Source: Camelus ferus (taxonomy: Eukaryota). Taken from it: a stretch of DNA of 64,000 nt. Positions within the stretch are counted from its first letter, which is position 1. The number at the start of each line of letters is the position of its first letter. The stretch spans positions 47,866,001 through 47,930,000 of the forward strand of contig NC_045696.1 in NCBI RefSeq assembly GCF_009834535.1, written 5' to 3'. A model generated the notes under the pieces. The model ran no database searches. It was not told the DNA's origin and was given only the letters and a program-made list of their open reading frames with translations. This document shows, piece by piece, positions 23,025 through 34,258 of this stretch. The position numbers and the translations under genes are program-made.

Positions 23025-23565
23025 TTCATTCCTCATTCACGAAATGTTTACTGAGCACCAACTATGCGTCACAGGCTGTTCTAGGAGGTTGTGATACCTA
23101 AGTGCACAAAACTGACAGAAATCCTTTTATACTATTAGAGAAAGACAAACAGTAAATAACAAATTAACATATTTAGAGGAGATGTGTGATGAAAAAACAG
23201 AAAGTAGGGTAAGGGGGACTCAGGGGTGGAGAAACAGCTTGTGATTTTTGATAGGGGTTCAGAGTATGCCTTTTCGACAAAGTAAAATTCAAAAAAAGAC
23301 TTAGATTTACCATATTGACATGTGGGTGCATTTCCAAGCGACAAGGCCCTAAGGAGAGAGTGTATTGGTTATAATCAAGAACAGCAAAGGCAGGATGCTG
23401 GAGATGAGGCCAGAGATGAAGGGGCATGGACGCTGTACAAGACACTTTAGCAAAGGCCTTGGAGGGCATTACAAGGACTTTGGTTTTTCCTCTGAGCAAA
23501 TGAGATCCACGGGAGGGTTTTGAGCAATGTCATGATCTGACTCACATTCCAAAAGGATCATTTCA
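23025..23565. mobile_element. L2 3' fragment
   Basis: ttcattcctcattcacgaaatgtttactgagcaccaactatg...aaggactttgg...gagggttttgagca...tgatctgact. Confidence 0.75.
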
Positions 23566-23582
23566 CATATACAAATGAGTAT

Positions 23583-23608
23583 TTTATTTTAAAATAAAAC
23601 TTTTTATT
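23583..23608 (-). terminator. Candidate DPPA4 polyadenylation signals (two AATAAA)
   Basis: tttatt at 23583-23588 and 23603-23608, about 0.9 kb past the stop; another lies at ~24138-24143. Confidence 0.35.
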
Positions 23609-24500
23609 GAAATTTTTTCAAACACAAGTTGGTATAACACCTGTATTTTCTGTACCTCACTGACCAACTGTGAACGATTAATGCAATATTCTTTCTGTGT
23701 ACTCTGTGTCTATAATCCTGTATAACCACAACACAGTTATCACAACCAAGACATTTAATATTGCTACAGTATCACTCAATATCCAATCAACATTAAATTT
23801 TCCCCAATTATTCCCCAAATACCCCTTTTACTAGGGGAACTATAATTTATCTTTCAATCAGGACATTAAAAAATTATATATAACTTACACACAGGTAAAA
23901 CATAGACATCTTAAGTGCATAGCTCTGTGAATATTTACATATGGATACGCCTAAGTAACTGTCCCCCAAAACAAGGTAAGCTCACTCACTTATGCCGAGA
24001 CAACAGGGATAATCAGGACTGATTGCTTGTGAATAGATTCATATTAAATTTTTCTGGCAAGAATATTATCAGTGACCTATTTGTATCACATCAAAACACA
24101 CTTCTGTTTGTATCATTACCTGGTAATGATGAGTTTGTTTATTTGGTTAAGGTATACATAACCAAATTTCAGTTTCTGTCTATAGGCCTCATCTTGCCCA
24201 ATGTAGAAATTTACTTGAGGCACCTTCAGAAAAATTAATTCCATTCGGTGAATTTGTATTTTTTAAATTTCCCCATCTCCTTCCTCCTCTGCTCCCTTAG
24301 GGCTGGGGATCTTGGGCGGGATGGCCACGTCCTCTTTCGCTTCCTGTCAGGCAGTTCACAGGCTCTTGCTCAGGCAGGAAACATGGAGAGTGTGGAGCAG
24401 CCTGAGTCCAGCTGTCAAATGGCACCATGGAGTTGGCTGTAGTCATTTCTCTGTCATTAATTATAATCACAGCCGCATCCCATTTCCAGGTATTGTAATC

Positions 24501-24531
24501 TCATTGCAGACTTTTTGTTAATACTTTATTC
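24501..24531 (-). CDS. DPPA4: DPPA4 last coding exon ([10 protein letters not shown])
   Basis: Acceptor tttgctttatag. NKVLTKSLQ matches human NKVLIKSLQ. TGA at 24503-24501. Confidence 0.92.
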
Positions 24532-27500
24532 CTATAAAGCAAATGAAATGTTTTAGAATTGAGATGAAATATCAAGTTGCATTCTTGAAAATAACCAAGA
24601 AACCCATTCCTGGAATGCCAATAAAATTGCCCTTAAACTTCAGGATCCTGAGTGGGAAGCATGTGGCCACATCATCAAGGAATGACAATCATCCAATGCA
24701 TCATGTCTCTCTAATATGTTCCTTTCCTGTTCAGCTCATGGGCAGGAGAGGCCCCAGATAGAACTTTAACATTTGCCCAGTGGCCCACATATCCCATTAA
24801 AAGGATATCCAAAGGGACCTCAATTCTCTTCAAGTTGCTCAGCATAGAATTGTGGTGAGAAGCAGGACTGCCAAAACGGGAAAAAAATGAGTGTACACTC
24901 ACGTACTTGGTCCTGTAGGATGTGGTAATTATGACAGTGCCTGAGGGTGGCCACTGCAGGCTGGTGGATGGGGAGTCTAGCCTAAGAAGCCCACTCACTC
25001 CAGGCTTCTATCCTCAGCCAGCTGTCCTAGACCTTGGTGTTCAATCATCGTGACACCAAAGATAGGTCCTCAGCAGCCCAACAGAGAGCTCACAATGAAG
25101 CCTAGGATGGTTCCTGGACAACTGCAGGGGGGCAGATGGATCCCTGGGAACCAAGTGTGGGCTGCACCAAGTCCCTCTGTTCAGAGGGATGATCTTTCCA
25201 TCCTCCTACTCCCCTAGTCCCTCCCACTCCTCCCCAAGCCCCACCCCAAGTAAGCCCAGCAGCACTCAGCCCTCTTTAGCGCTGACAGTTCCCTTTGAGC
25301 ATCTTACTGCTCCTCCTCTCCACTTGTGCCTTTTAGAAAACACCTCCATTTACAGCCTCTACTCTCCATCCCTTGTTCAACCAACACCAAATTATCTACG
25401 TTCTTTACTGCTTTGAATCTTTTACGTTTTCCAAGCAAGTATGTTATCTGTACCTTCTTCAGCTTCATTTGATATTACTTATGACAATTTCCCTTTGGAA
25501 ATTCTCCCCATCGACTTCATATTTCAGCTTTTCTCTTTGTTTCTTTTCTGTCTCCTTTAACATGCCCCTAAAATACTGCTGTTCCTTGAAGCTCTGTCCT
25601 CAGGCCCAGTGCAACTCTTGTCCTTAACAATGTTTAACTATTAACTACCAAATACCTATTTAGAAGCCAGGTGTCCTTTTTTGGCCCCACACAAGGTGCC
25701 AGGCCCTTTAAACTTTCCCACAAGATTTTTCTCATTGACCTTATCCCCTTCCCTCCTGGGCAGTGTAAGCCTCAGTCCATTTACTTGCTTAACGTGCTTC
25801 AGTGGCCCATCACCCAGGGGTGATGCACCTGACTTCAGACTCCTTGTCCCTCCCTGACTACTGGAAAGTGTTCAAAAAATTTTGCACATGAACGTTTTTC
25901 TTTAAAACTGCACATAAGTTTCCCCAATAGGTTCTCAATAAACATAGTGGTCTTTCGGAATAAAAGTTCCTTTACAGGCATATAAACTTCTTAATAACAT
26001 CTTAATTTTAGTACTATAGGTGGCTTTTGCATACTTTCTGGTCCAATGGCTCCTCATTTTAGAGACATGGAAACCGAGGCCCAGAAAAGTTGTGTCATGT
26101 GTCACGTTATTGAAATGACTGCTGCTAGAAACAGGACTGCGGTCCAGGACTGCTCTTCCTTGACCCACCACTGCTGTTGCTGCTTCAAAACTGTACCCCA
26201 CCCGCACCCCAACCAAGTTTGTCAATTTTAGTGGCTTATTTTAATAAAAAATTTTCCCTATTCACATTTAGGAAGAGAAATCTTAACTAATTAGCTCGAC
26301 AAACTAGAGAACAACAAATTTATCCAGCCCCTTCCATCAGATTTATTCCTCACCATTTTCTTTAGTATGTTGATTTTAATTTGGCTCGAAACTTAAAAAT
26401 TACAGAGAACAGCCTTTTGTAGACTTCCTTCTGTTCTCTTCATAACTGTGCTTCTAAAACTTGTTTGGTGATTACAAAGATACTTCATTGACCATATCAC
26501 ATAACTAATAAAACCTATCAAAAGAACACCACTGGCTACCAGGTAAACTAAACTTTCCAACATTTAAAACTTACTATAATTTGATCACAAACTAATGATA
26601 TTACTCAAAATCTATAATGCTCAGTTTGGGCCAATTTTTTTTTTTGCATATATCATGTATTTCCATCTTCATGACTTTGTTCAAACTAATCCCACTTGCT
26701 GGATTAATACCCACTTTTCTTTTTTTTAATGCTTGCTACATGCAAGAGACAGTGCCCAGAACTCTAAATACGCTAACATTTAATTTTCATGTTATTGTCA
26801 CATAGGATTCTACCCATTTTATAAGTGAGAAAACCAAGATTTTTTTCCGAGCATATCCTGTCACACAGAACTACTTACAATTTCTACTTTGTCCTAAGTT
26901 CTTTCACAGCCTTGACACTGGTCCCTATTCTGAAAAATGACCTTACTCCTCCTTTCCATCTAGTCAGTTCTCTTAAGAAACCTCTTCTTTGATGCCGGTT
27001 ATCACTTGGTAATACAGCTATTTACATTCCAGTCATTAGGCTGTTGGCTGCTTAACTGAAGGTTTTTTTTTTTTTTTCGCTAGCCATTATTTCTGTGTAG
27101 TGCATACACCTGGAATATAGTAATTACACAATGGTTGCTGCTCCAAAATTATGGGTTTCCAGATAGAAGCAGTAGGCCCTGACATGAAAATGGTCTTTTA
27201 CCTAGGGATACACTTATTTTAGGTAGTAATTTTTGTGAAACTCTTTACTGACAACTTGTACTAAAAATACAGGGCTAATTAAGATTAATAAGTATTTCCT
27301 CCCTCTCCCATAAATAAAACCAAGTGCCCACTTGTAGTTTGTAGACAAGTACCAGGTCATTACCTTCGAACGCATTTGGGGCACAGCATATTGTCCTCCA
27401 GGTGTGGAGGTGGGACGTTGCTGGCAGGTAGCAGGAAGAGTGCAGACACTGTCCTTCGTTTTTCAGGAACCCAAGGCTGTCCAGCATGAAACTGCAAACG

Positions 27501-30500
27501 AACCCAGCCCTCGGTGTTAGCAGGGAGACTTCTCCCATGGACCACGCACCACCTGACCCCTGGGGAAGAGAAGACAGATAAGTATGAACACAGCAAGGCC
27601 AAATTCTAATGTTTGAGATTGCACCATGACCTTTGACTCTACTGCCAGCTCTCAGATATGAACGCTGGAAACCTAACTTGACCTATTCTACCCTGTTCTT
27701 CTTTAGAAAACAAGGCAAAAACAGTTCCTGTCAAATCTTTAAAAAGAAACAAAAATACATTTAGAAATAGTATAGCAGCAGGTGGGTAAACAGAAGACAG
27801 TGTAGGGGAGGCAAAACTTAACCTCTGCCCACCACAGGTTTTCACCTGGGTCTCTTAAGAAAAAGATTAACAAGGCAAAACCAGTTTATCAGTTCCTGCA
27901 GCACACATCATGCAGGAGAAAACACAAAAACAACTCAAAATGGCGGCTTAGAATTCCACCTTCGACAAAGAACTTCATACATTTGTAAAGAAATGACAGA
28001 ACAAAGGAAAGCAGTTTTAGGCTTCCAAGGGTGGCAAACAGCGGGAAGGGAAATATAAATACATGGGAGGAAACCATGGATGGATCCACTGGATAGGGCT
28101 TGTTTGCAGGTTGCTCTGGTGCCAACGTAGTGGATAAGTCTGTCTCCAACAAAAGAACAGATACCCTGCTTTGGGGAAGAAAAGGGGGAGCTTCTTCTGG
28201 GTTGGCTGCTTTTTAATTGCCTTCAGCTCAAAATAACTTTTGTAACAAAGTGGCATATTTTCGGGGTGACATTCTGGTTTCCTTCAATAGAAAGACTAAA
28301 CCAGAGTGGTCTGGGAAGGCCTTCATAAGATCAGGGGTCTCAACTCTTAGCAGGCACTATAATGTGCTGGCCAGGTTATGGTCTTCCTTAATTTTGTCCC
28401 CTGTGACTCTTACAATAACATTATGAGGTAGGGATTATAATTAACCCACTCTACTGTGAGGAAACTGGGAACTAGATTAAATAACTATTAAGATCACTTA
28501 TTTAACAGATGCTAGAGGATTCAGGGCTGTAGCTCAGGCAGTTGATTTCAGAGCCTGCGTTTTCTTTTAATTCCTCAAAGAAGGAGAAAGGATCAAGCCA
28601 GATTGTGACCCCCTTCTGAGGACCTCAGTAATCTAGAGCAGCGGTTCTCAAAGTGTGGCCCCCAGATTAGCATCGTCTGCAGTGCCTGGGAAATTTTTTA
28701 GAAATGCTAGTCCCCAGGCCCTACCCAGACCTGAATCAGAAAAACACGTGGGTGGAGCCCGGGAATCCCCAGGCTTTCACATGATGTGGATAATACCTAG
28801 AAATTAATCAGAGGTTAATATCGATTAAACTTATTTTCCATCGGAACCAGAACCAGTTCTTCTTCTTTTTTTTTTATCCTTTTAGAGCAGTTTCAGGTTC
28901 ACAACAGAATTGAGCAGAAAATACAGAGAGTTCACACGTAGCCCTCCACACCCACACATATATACTCCCCTACCCTCAACATACCTCATCAGTGTGGCAT
29001 ATTTGGCACAACCGATGAATCACAGAACCAGTTCTTAATATTGAGCTTACCATAGGCCTCTTGTGACTCCACTGACTCCACCTTCCCAGCCCCCGCTGCA
29101 GTTCTGCTCCAGGAGGCAAACAGAGCTTCTGGGTCAGAAGTTGATAAAGTTATATCATCTCCTTCTTGGAGAGCGGGAGGCCCTTCAAGGGCAGGTGCCC
29201 CCTCCTCAGAGGAAGCAGCCACTTTAGGAGAATCAGTTCTATCAGAGGACATCTTTTTATCAGAACTTCCCAGTAGCAGTTCCCACTGGGCCATCTTTGC
29301 TTTCCTTCGTGATGCCGATAGGATCCTGGCCTCCTTTGCTGTGGCAGGAATGTCCTGCAAAGAGAGTTTGAAAGATTCAAGTGCTATCAGAAGTGCAGCC
29401 TCTTTGATTACTCTGTGCACAGAGCTGGCGAAGACTGAGGATGGGGGATGCTGTCCCTTGTTAGAAGGAGTGAAGGGGGGACGGGGTAAGACAACTCCTT
29501 ACTCACTTTTTGATGCTATTTTAGGTAATTAGGATTGAGAATGAAACCTCCCACCCTGCCAAATTCCCTACAAATTACTCACCTTTTGATGAGGGTAAGC
29601 ATACTCGCAGAGTCGTTTATATCCCTCTAATTTCTAAGACAAGAGAAAAATGAGTTAACAATCAAAGTTAGGTTCGTACTCTTCCTCCCAAGAGCATCGT
29701 CTCCCGCTCAGGACTCTCACCTGACCCTTGGTGCTCAGTTTCAATTGCTGGCACCAAGCCCGCAAAACATCTCGGTGAATCAGGTTGACTGGCGGCAGTT
29801 TAGAAGGTAATGGAGGAATTGGTATCCTCTTCTGAGATCTTACGCTGTCACTACATTGTGGCATCTTTTGTGGACAGCAAACTGAAGGAGAATGGGATAA
29901 AATCAGCAATAATTAACTTTTGTGTAGCCTTTTAAAATGTCAAAATTTCAATCACTTTTAGTTCACTTAGTCTACTCCCCACTGTACAGTTAAATGACTT
30001 GCCAAAAACCATGGAAACTCCAAGGGACAGAACCTCAAACCTATGACTGGCAATATTTCTGAATTCCTCAACTTTTACTTTCTAAAACTCCCCACTACTC
30101 ACACTCACTTCCTCTTTTGTGAGAGTTTTAAACCACAGACTGAGGAAGGGAGGGTATAGATCAGTGGTAGAGTGAGTGATTAGCACGCACGAGGTTCAAT
30201 CCTCAGTACCTCTGTTAAAAAATAAAACTAATTACCTACCTCCTTCAAAAAAAAAAAAAAAAAAAATTTAAACCACTTCTCCAAGGAGGTTGACCTAGAG
30301 ATTGCACTTCCAATGCAGGGAATGATAGAAGCTTTAGACCTGAGATCATAAATACTCAGCGATGCCTTGCCCTCTCACCACAAAACAAAATAAACCATCC
30401 AGCAATGCTACACAATCACTAATACCCATAATTCTGGCAACCCACCCCCATCAGAGCGAACTCCGGTCTCACTACAGGCAGGCCTCCTTCTGCTGCTCCT

Positions 30501-32735
30501 CACACACACTCTCACCACTCAGGAAAGACTTGTGGAGCACACAACAGACACAACTACAATGGCACTAATAGTTGCTCGGTCTACTGAGTGCACGTTACTG
30601 TCAGATAGAGTATAGGTGGTTTACCTAATTATTCTGTGTAAATTACAACTGACCATCCACCCTGACCTCAACCCAACTCAGCACGGTAGCTATTATCCTC
30701 AGTTTTTAGAACAAGAAGTGGAATTTCAAGGATGAGATTTCAGATTTATAGCTGTCTGTCCCCAGATCATTGCACATTGAGATCCTTAACTCCCTGCAGC
30801 TAGAGAAGGCAAAATAATGATCAGAACCAGGAGGTAAGATTTAAGCTAGGCTTCAAAGAAGTGTAGGATTTGCAGAATACAGGATGGAGATTTCTCCCAT
30901 ATTTTTTCTACTTTTTCAGAAAAATCCCTCCGTCTTCTTAGACCCAAGGAAATAGAATTTGAGGACTTATGGATCTCTTACCTTCGTCATTTTCCCCAGA
31001 TCTTTTTCTTTTTGTCCCCTTCGCTGAGTTTTTTGGTATCTTTGGTTCACCAGAAGCCCTCTGTTCGTCTTCCGCTTCTACTGATGTAGATTTGAATTTG
31101 CTGCTCATATATTCTTCCTCTGACTCCTTTGTGGAGTTCCCCTGGGGATAGAGGGACTGGTCAGTCATTCCTCTGGTGTCCCACCCACCACATACACTAC
31201 CTAGCTTAAGACATTTCACATCTAAGGCGCCAAGACGGTCACTGAACTCCGCTGGCAACGTGGATTCTTTTCTGGATATCATCTTAATACTCAAGTCTAT
31301 TTATAACATAGGTAAGCAGTGATGGGGAAGTGGACAGCCAATTTGAAAGTATGAAAAAAGAGTCTCTCTCTCTCTATACAGTCTTACACACACATATATA
31401 TACAAAAGAAGTAGAAGAAACTAGCTTCTGCTTTGAAGAAAGCCCGTACATACATCGCCCATTACGTCCATTAGCCCTCTCCTGGAAGGGTTTTTTCCCC
31501 TTTCCTCTTACCCTCCTCGACCTCCTCTGGATAAAACTTTCCCACACTATTGCCCCAAGGTCCAGCCACAAAACTCCCTTCCTTTCCAACCTAGTTACTT
31601 TGCCTGAAGGGATATCACTCAGCTCCACACACTCTACCCTCCCTTACATTTATAGTCTTAGACCTTATTCCTCTTTTCAGAATCTCACAAGTGTGAGTTC
31701 ATCTTTATAGACCAATACAGATCTACTATGTGCTGCTTCATTCCTGCCATTTAGTTGCAGTTTTACATTTGATTGTGTGATTTGATCAATGCCTGTTACT
31801 CCAATTATAAACTCCACAAGGGTAGAATTCCTTTCCGTTTCATTGTAGATACTCTATAAATATTGGTTAATTAAATCCAAAGAAACAAGAGAAGAACAGT
31901 GCGGTTCTTTGATATCAAGAAACTAACATTTTTTGAGTCTCTATCTTCCATCAGGTCTTGTTTGACACACTCTTTTTTCTTTCCTTTAACCCTCACAGCA
32001 ACCTGGTGACAATTTATTACTTCGTTTTTCCGATGCATAAGCTGAGGTTCAGTAAGGAAGGTTATGTAAGGAAGAGCACACAGGTAGGTTTAAGATAGAA
32101 ACTAAACTCCAGATTTGCTACCAAATCTAAATCCTATCACCTCCAAGATGGGAGTATGGGACAAATTAACATTTGTATGGCATTTTTACATCTCTATAGC
32201 AGGTTTACATTCATATTCAGATCTTACATTTGCATAACCCTTATGCAGAGTACTCACTTTGCGGCCTCACAAAAATCAATTAAAACTGGGAAGGCAAAAA
32301 CGACCCAGTTCTAAGAAAGGAACCCAGGGAGCGCCCAGGCTTCCCCCTGGGTTCCCCAGCAGAGTAGTTCAGTTTTTCTGAACAAGCCCCACAGCCTCTC
32401 CAACTTCAATGCTGTCTGCAGTGCTCGTCAATATATCTGGTTTCTGATTATTCCTCGGCCCTAACGGCCCTGGGGAAAAGCTGAATCCTGTGTCTTTAGA
32501 AGGTAAATTAAAGAATCACGTCCAAGGTACCAGGGAGCAATCATATCCAGGACTTTATGTTTCTTTTCTTTCTTTTTTCTTTTTAACAAGTAAAGAGAAG
32601 GAAATTCTAAGACATTCTCTTCTCCACAAGAGGGATTAAGTGTGCTCCACGGAGAGAGAAAAGAAGACTCACAAAGACAGACAAAAATAAACCCATTCAA
32701 ATTGTATTTACCTCTTTGTCGTCTGTGCTCTCCAT
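24501..32735 (-). CDS. DPPA4: Developmental pluripotency-associated protein 4 (spliced, 7 coding exons, 927 nt incl. stop, 308 aa)
   Basis: Exons join(32712-32735, 30982-31141, 29721-29881, 29583-29633, 29051-29354, 27364-27559, 24501-24531) all have GT-AG boundaries and keep one frame. [77 protein letters not shown] and [16 protein letters not shown] match mammalian DPPA4. Confidence 0.96.
27364..27559 (-). CDS. DPPA4: DPPA4 coding exon 6 (C-terminal conserved region)
   Basis: Acceptor tcttctcttccccag, donor AG|gtaatg; 196 nt. Confidence 0.95.
27801..28286 (-). mobile_element. MER34-like ERV1 solo LTR in DPPA4 intron 5 (sense to gene)
   Basis: On the minus strand it starts TGAAGGAAACCAGAATGTCACCCCGAAAATATGCC...TTATTTTGAGCTGAAGGCAATT and ends ...CTCCCCTACA; flanks acag/atag are TSD-like. 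Confidence 0.75.
28638..28800 (+). mobile_element. MER5A-like hAT MITE
   Basis: cagcggttctcaaagtgtggcccc...ttagaaatgc...ccagacctgaatcaga. Confidence 0.75.
28860..29025 (-). mobile_element. L1 3' end fragment next to the DPPA4 exon 5 donor
   Basis: ttttagagcagtttcaggttcacaacagaattgagcagaaaatacagagagttc. Confidence 0.75.
29051..29354 (-). CDS. DPPA4: DPPA4 coding exon 5
   Basis: Acceptor ctctctttgcag, donor G|gtaagc; 304 nt; encodes [10 protein letters not shown]...[10 protein letters not shown]...ESQEAY. Confidence 0.94.
29583..29633 (-). CDS. DPPA4: DPPA4 coding exon 4 ([17 protein letters not shown])
   Basis: Acceptor tttctcttgtcttag, donor AAG|gtgagt; 51 nt. Confidence 0.94.
29721..29881 (-). 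CDS. DPPA4: DPPA4 coding exon 3 (SAP-like domain)
   Basis: Acceptor attctccttcag, donor CAG|gtgaga; 161 nt. Confidence 0.95.
30147..30270 (+). mobile_element. tRNA-derived SINE (Vic-1-like)
   Basis: ggggagggtatagatcagtggtagag...ggttcaatcctcagtacctc plus poly-A. Confidence 0.88.
30982..31141 (-). CDS. DPPA4: DPPA4 coding exon 2
   Basis: Acceptor ccctctatccccag, donor AAG|gtaaga; 160 nt; encodes [10 protein letters not shown]...[15 protein letters not shown]. Confidence 0.88.
32228..32235. promoter_or_regulatory. Octamer ATTTGCAT (POU/OCT4 site) in DPPA4 intron 1
   Basis: Perfect octamer about 480 nt into intron 1. DPPA4 is a known OCT4/SOX2 target in other mammals. Confidence 0.4.
32712..32735 (-). 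CDS. DPPA4: DPPA4 coding exon 1 (MESTDDKE)
   Basis: agtATGGAG (good Kozak) ... GAG|gtaaat; corresponds to human MEKAKGKE. Confidence 0.85.
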
Positions 32736-32804
32736 ACTCAGAAAAGAAGTCAAGGTTGATAAAACGAAGATTCTCCTTACTCCCGAAATGACCCCTGGCC
32801 CAAG

Positions 32805-32885
32805 ATTGCTCTTTTAAAAGGCTCCTCCTACTTCCGCCACTCTCAGGCACTTTCCTTTAGCTCCTCCCCTCCTGTCCCTCCCCGG
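32805..32885 (-). promoter_or_regulatory. DPPA4 core promoter: TATA-like TTTTAAAAG (~32811-32819), ETS-like GGCGGAAGT (~32830-32838), G-rich GGGGAGG boxes
   Basis: Motif cluster 75-150 nt upstream of the DPPA4 ATG. Confidence 0.55.
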
Positions 32886-33612
32886 CAACTTGTGAACGCT
32901 AAGCTTCTGTACTTACTCATGAGGTGACTCTTGCATGAATGAGTACATAGTAACATTCCTGGCCCTTTTCTATGAGTTTTTTTTTAAGCATAATTACTGA
33001 TGATGTGGTTCCGGAGACACTGTGAAGTTGAATACTCCTTCAGAAAAATTAGAGTCAAAGGAAAGTTACTAGAGCCTTCTCAATAGGATGTGTGAAGGGA
33101 TTTAATGATGGAACTTGAGGAAACCACAGAATTCTGGGCCAGACCTGTGGCTTGAAGAAAGTAAAACCGTTTTCATGCAACATACACATTTCATTTCTCA
33201 AGCAAGTTACTCAACCAATTAAAACTTTAGTTTTCCATCTGTACTAATAACTGGCAACTTCCCATCTGCCGGCAACTAAACATAATAGTTTTAAAAGTCC
33301 ACTGAGTATCTATTTCGTACTAAATTCTGGGTTTAAAAGTTCACAGCCATTATTTTACCGTTCTTTGTTTCATAGACGACAAAGCTATGTATAAAATTGT
33401 GTTGGTAACTTGCTCAATGGCACAGCAGGTGAAAACCAGAAATCAAGTTTAGGTCCGCCTGATCCTGCCTCTCCAGCCCCTAACTAAACAAGGTCAAGAT
33501 TCTTTTCTTAAAAAATAGTTTGAAAAATGCCTTCTCAGATCACTCCTCCCTGCCAAGTTGTTGGGATCAGAGATGTGAAGTGTAGTGATTTCCTGCATTA
33601 ATACTGGCAATG

Positions 33613-33690
33613 AGGAAGTGTGGCTCAAGCTGTAGAGCATGTTCCTTGAATGTATAAGGTTGTGGGTTCGATCCTTGTAACTCTGCAAGG
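33613..33690 (+). mobile_element. Diverged tRNA-like/SINE element with intact B box
   Basis: tggctcaagctgtagagcatg...gggttcgatcc. Confidence 0.55.
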
Positions 33691-34120
33691 AAAGAAAGGA
33701 CCTGGGTCTATGGGTTTCAAACCTTCTATTGTCAAATCAGAAGGTCTATTTTGTGTTACTTAGCTAAAATGATGAAGAAGAGATGATCCTTACCCAAAAG
33801 GCAGGTGATAATCTGTTCACAGGATGTATGTGGACATAGGAAGTAAATGAATGGGACCCAGGAGTATGGAAGGAAGTATAGCAGTGGACTGAGCAAAGCC
33901 CCATAGCACCAAAAGAGGAGAGCTGGTATTTAGAATCCAGATCCTTCAGGAGATTGTAGCGGGGATTTGACTGATCAATTCTTTAACCAGGCTCATAGAC
34001 GACAACTGGTAAACACTTACTAGTTAAAGTTTATACATAAAGTGCTTGATTGAAGGATGTTTCTTTTCCTAGTGAAACTGAAGTTCACATCACTGAGTTC
34101 TAAATTAAAGCCTATCTGAC

Positions 34121-34258
34121 GGGCAGGGTATAGCTCAGTGGTAGAGTGTGTGCCTCGCATGCACAAGGTTCAATCCCCAGTACCTCCATTAAAAATAAAC
34201 AAATAGAAACCTAGTTACCTCATACCCCTAGAAAAAGGTTAAAGGAAAAAAAAAGGCA
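34121..34258 (+). mobile_element. tRNA-derived SINE (Vic-1-like)
   Basis: gggtatagctcagtggtagag...ggttcaatccccagtacctcca. Confidence 0.9.

Noticed and set aside
32461..32850. 129-aa minus-strand ORF across the DPPA4 promoter and exon 1
   Set aside because: Non-ATG start, out of frame with DPPA4, runs through the donor, and has no recognisable homology.
34121..34200. tRNA-Ala-like sequences (here and about 12 other copies) as real tRNA genes
   Set aside because: Mismatched stems, deletions and A-rich tails identify them as SINEs.
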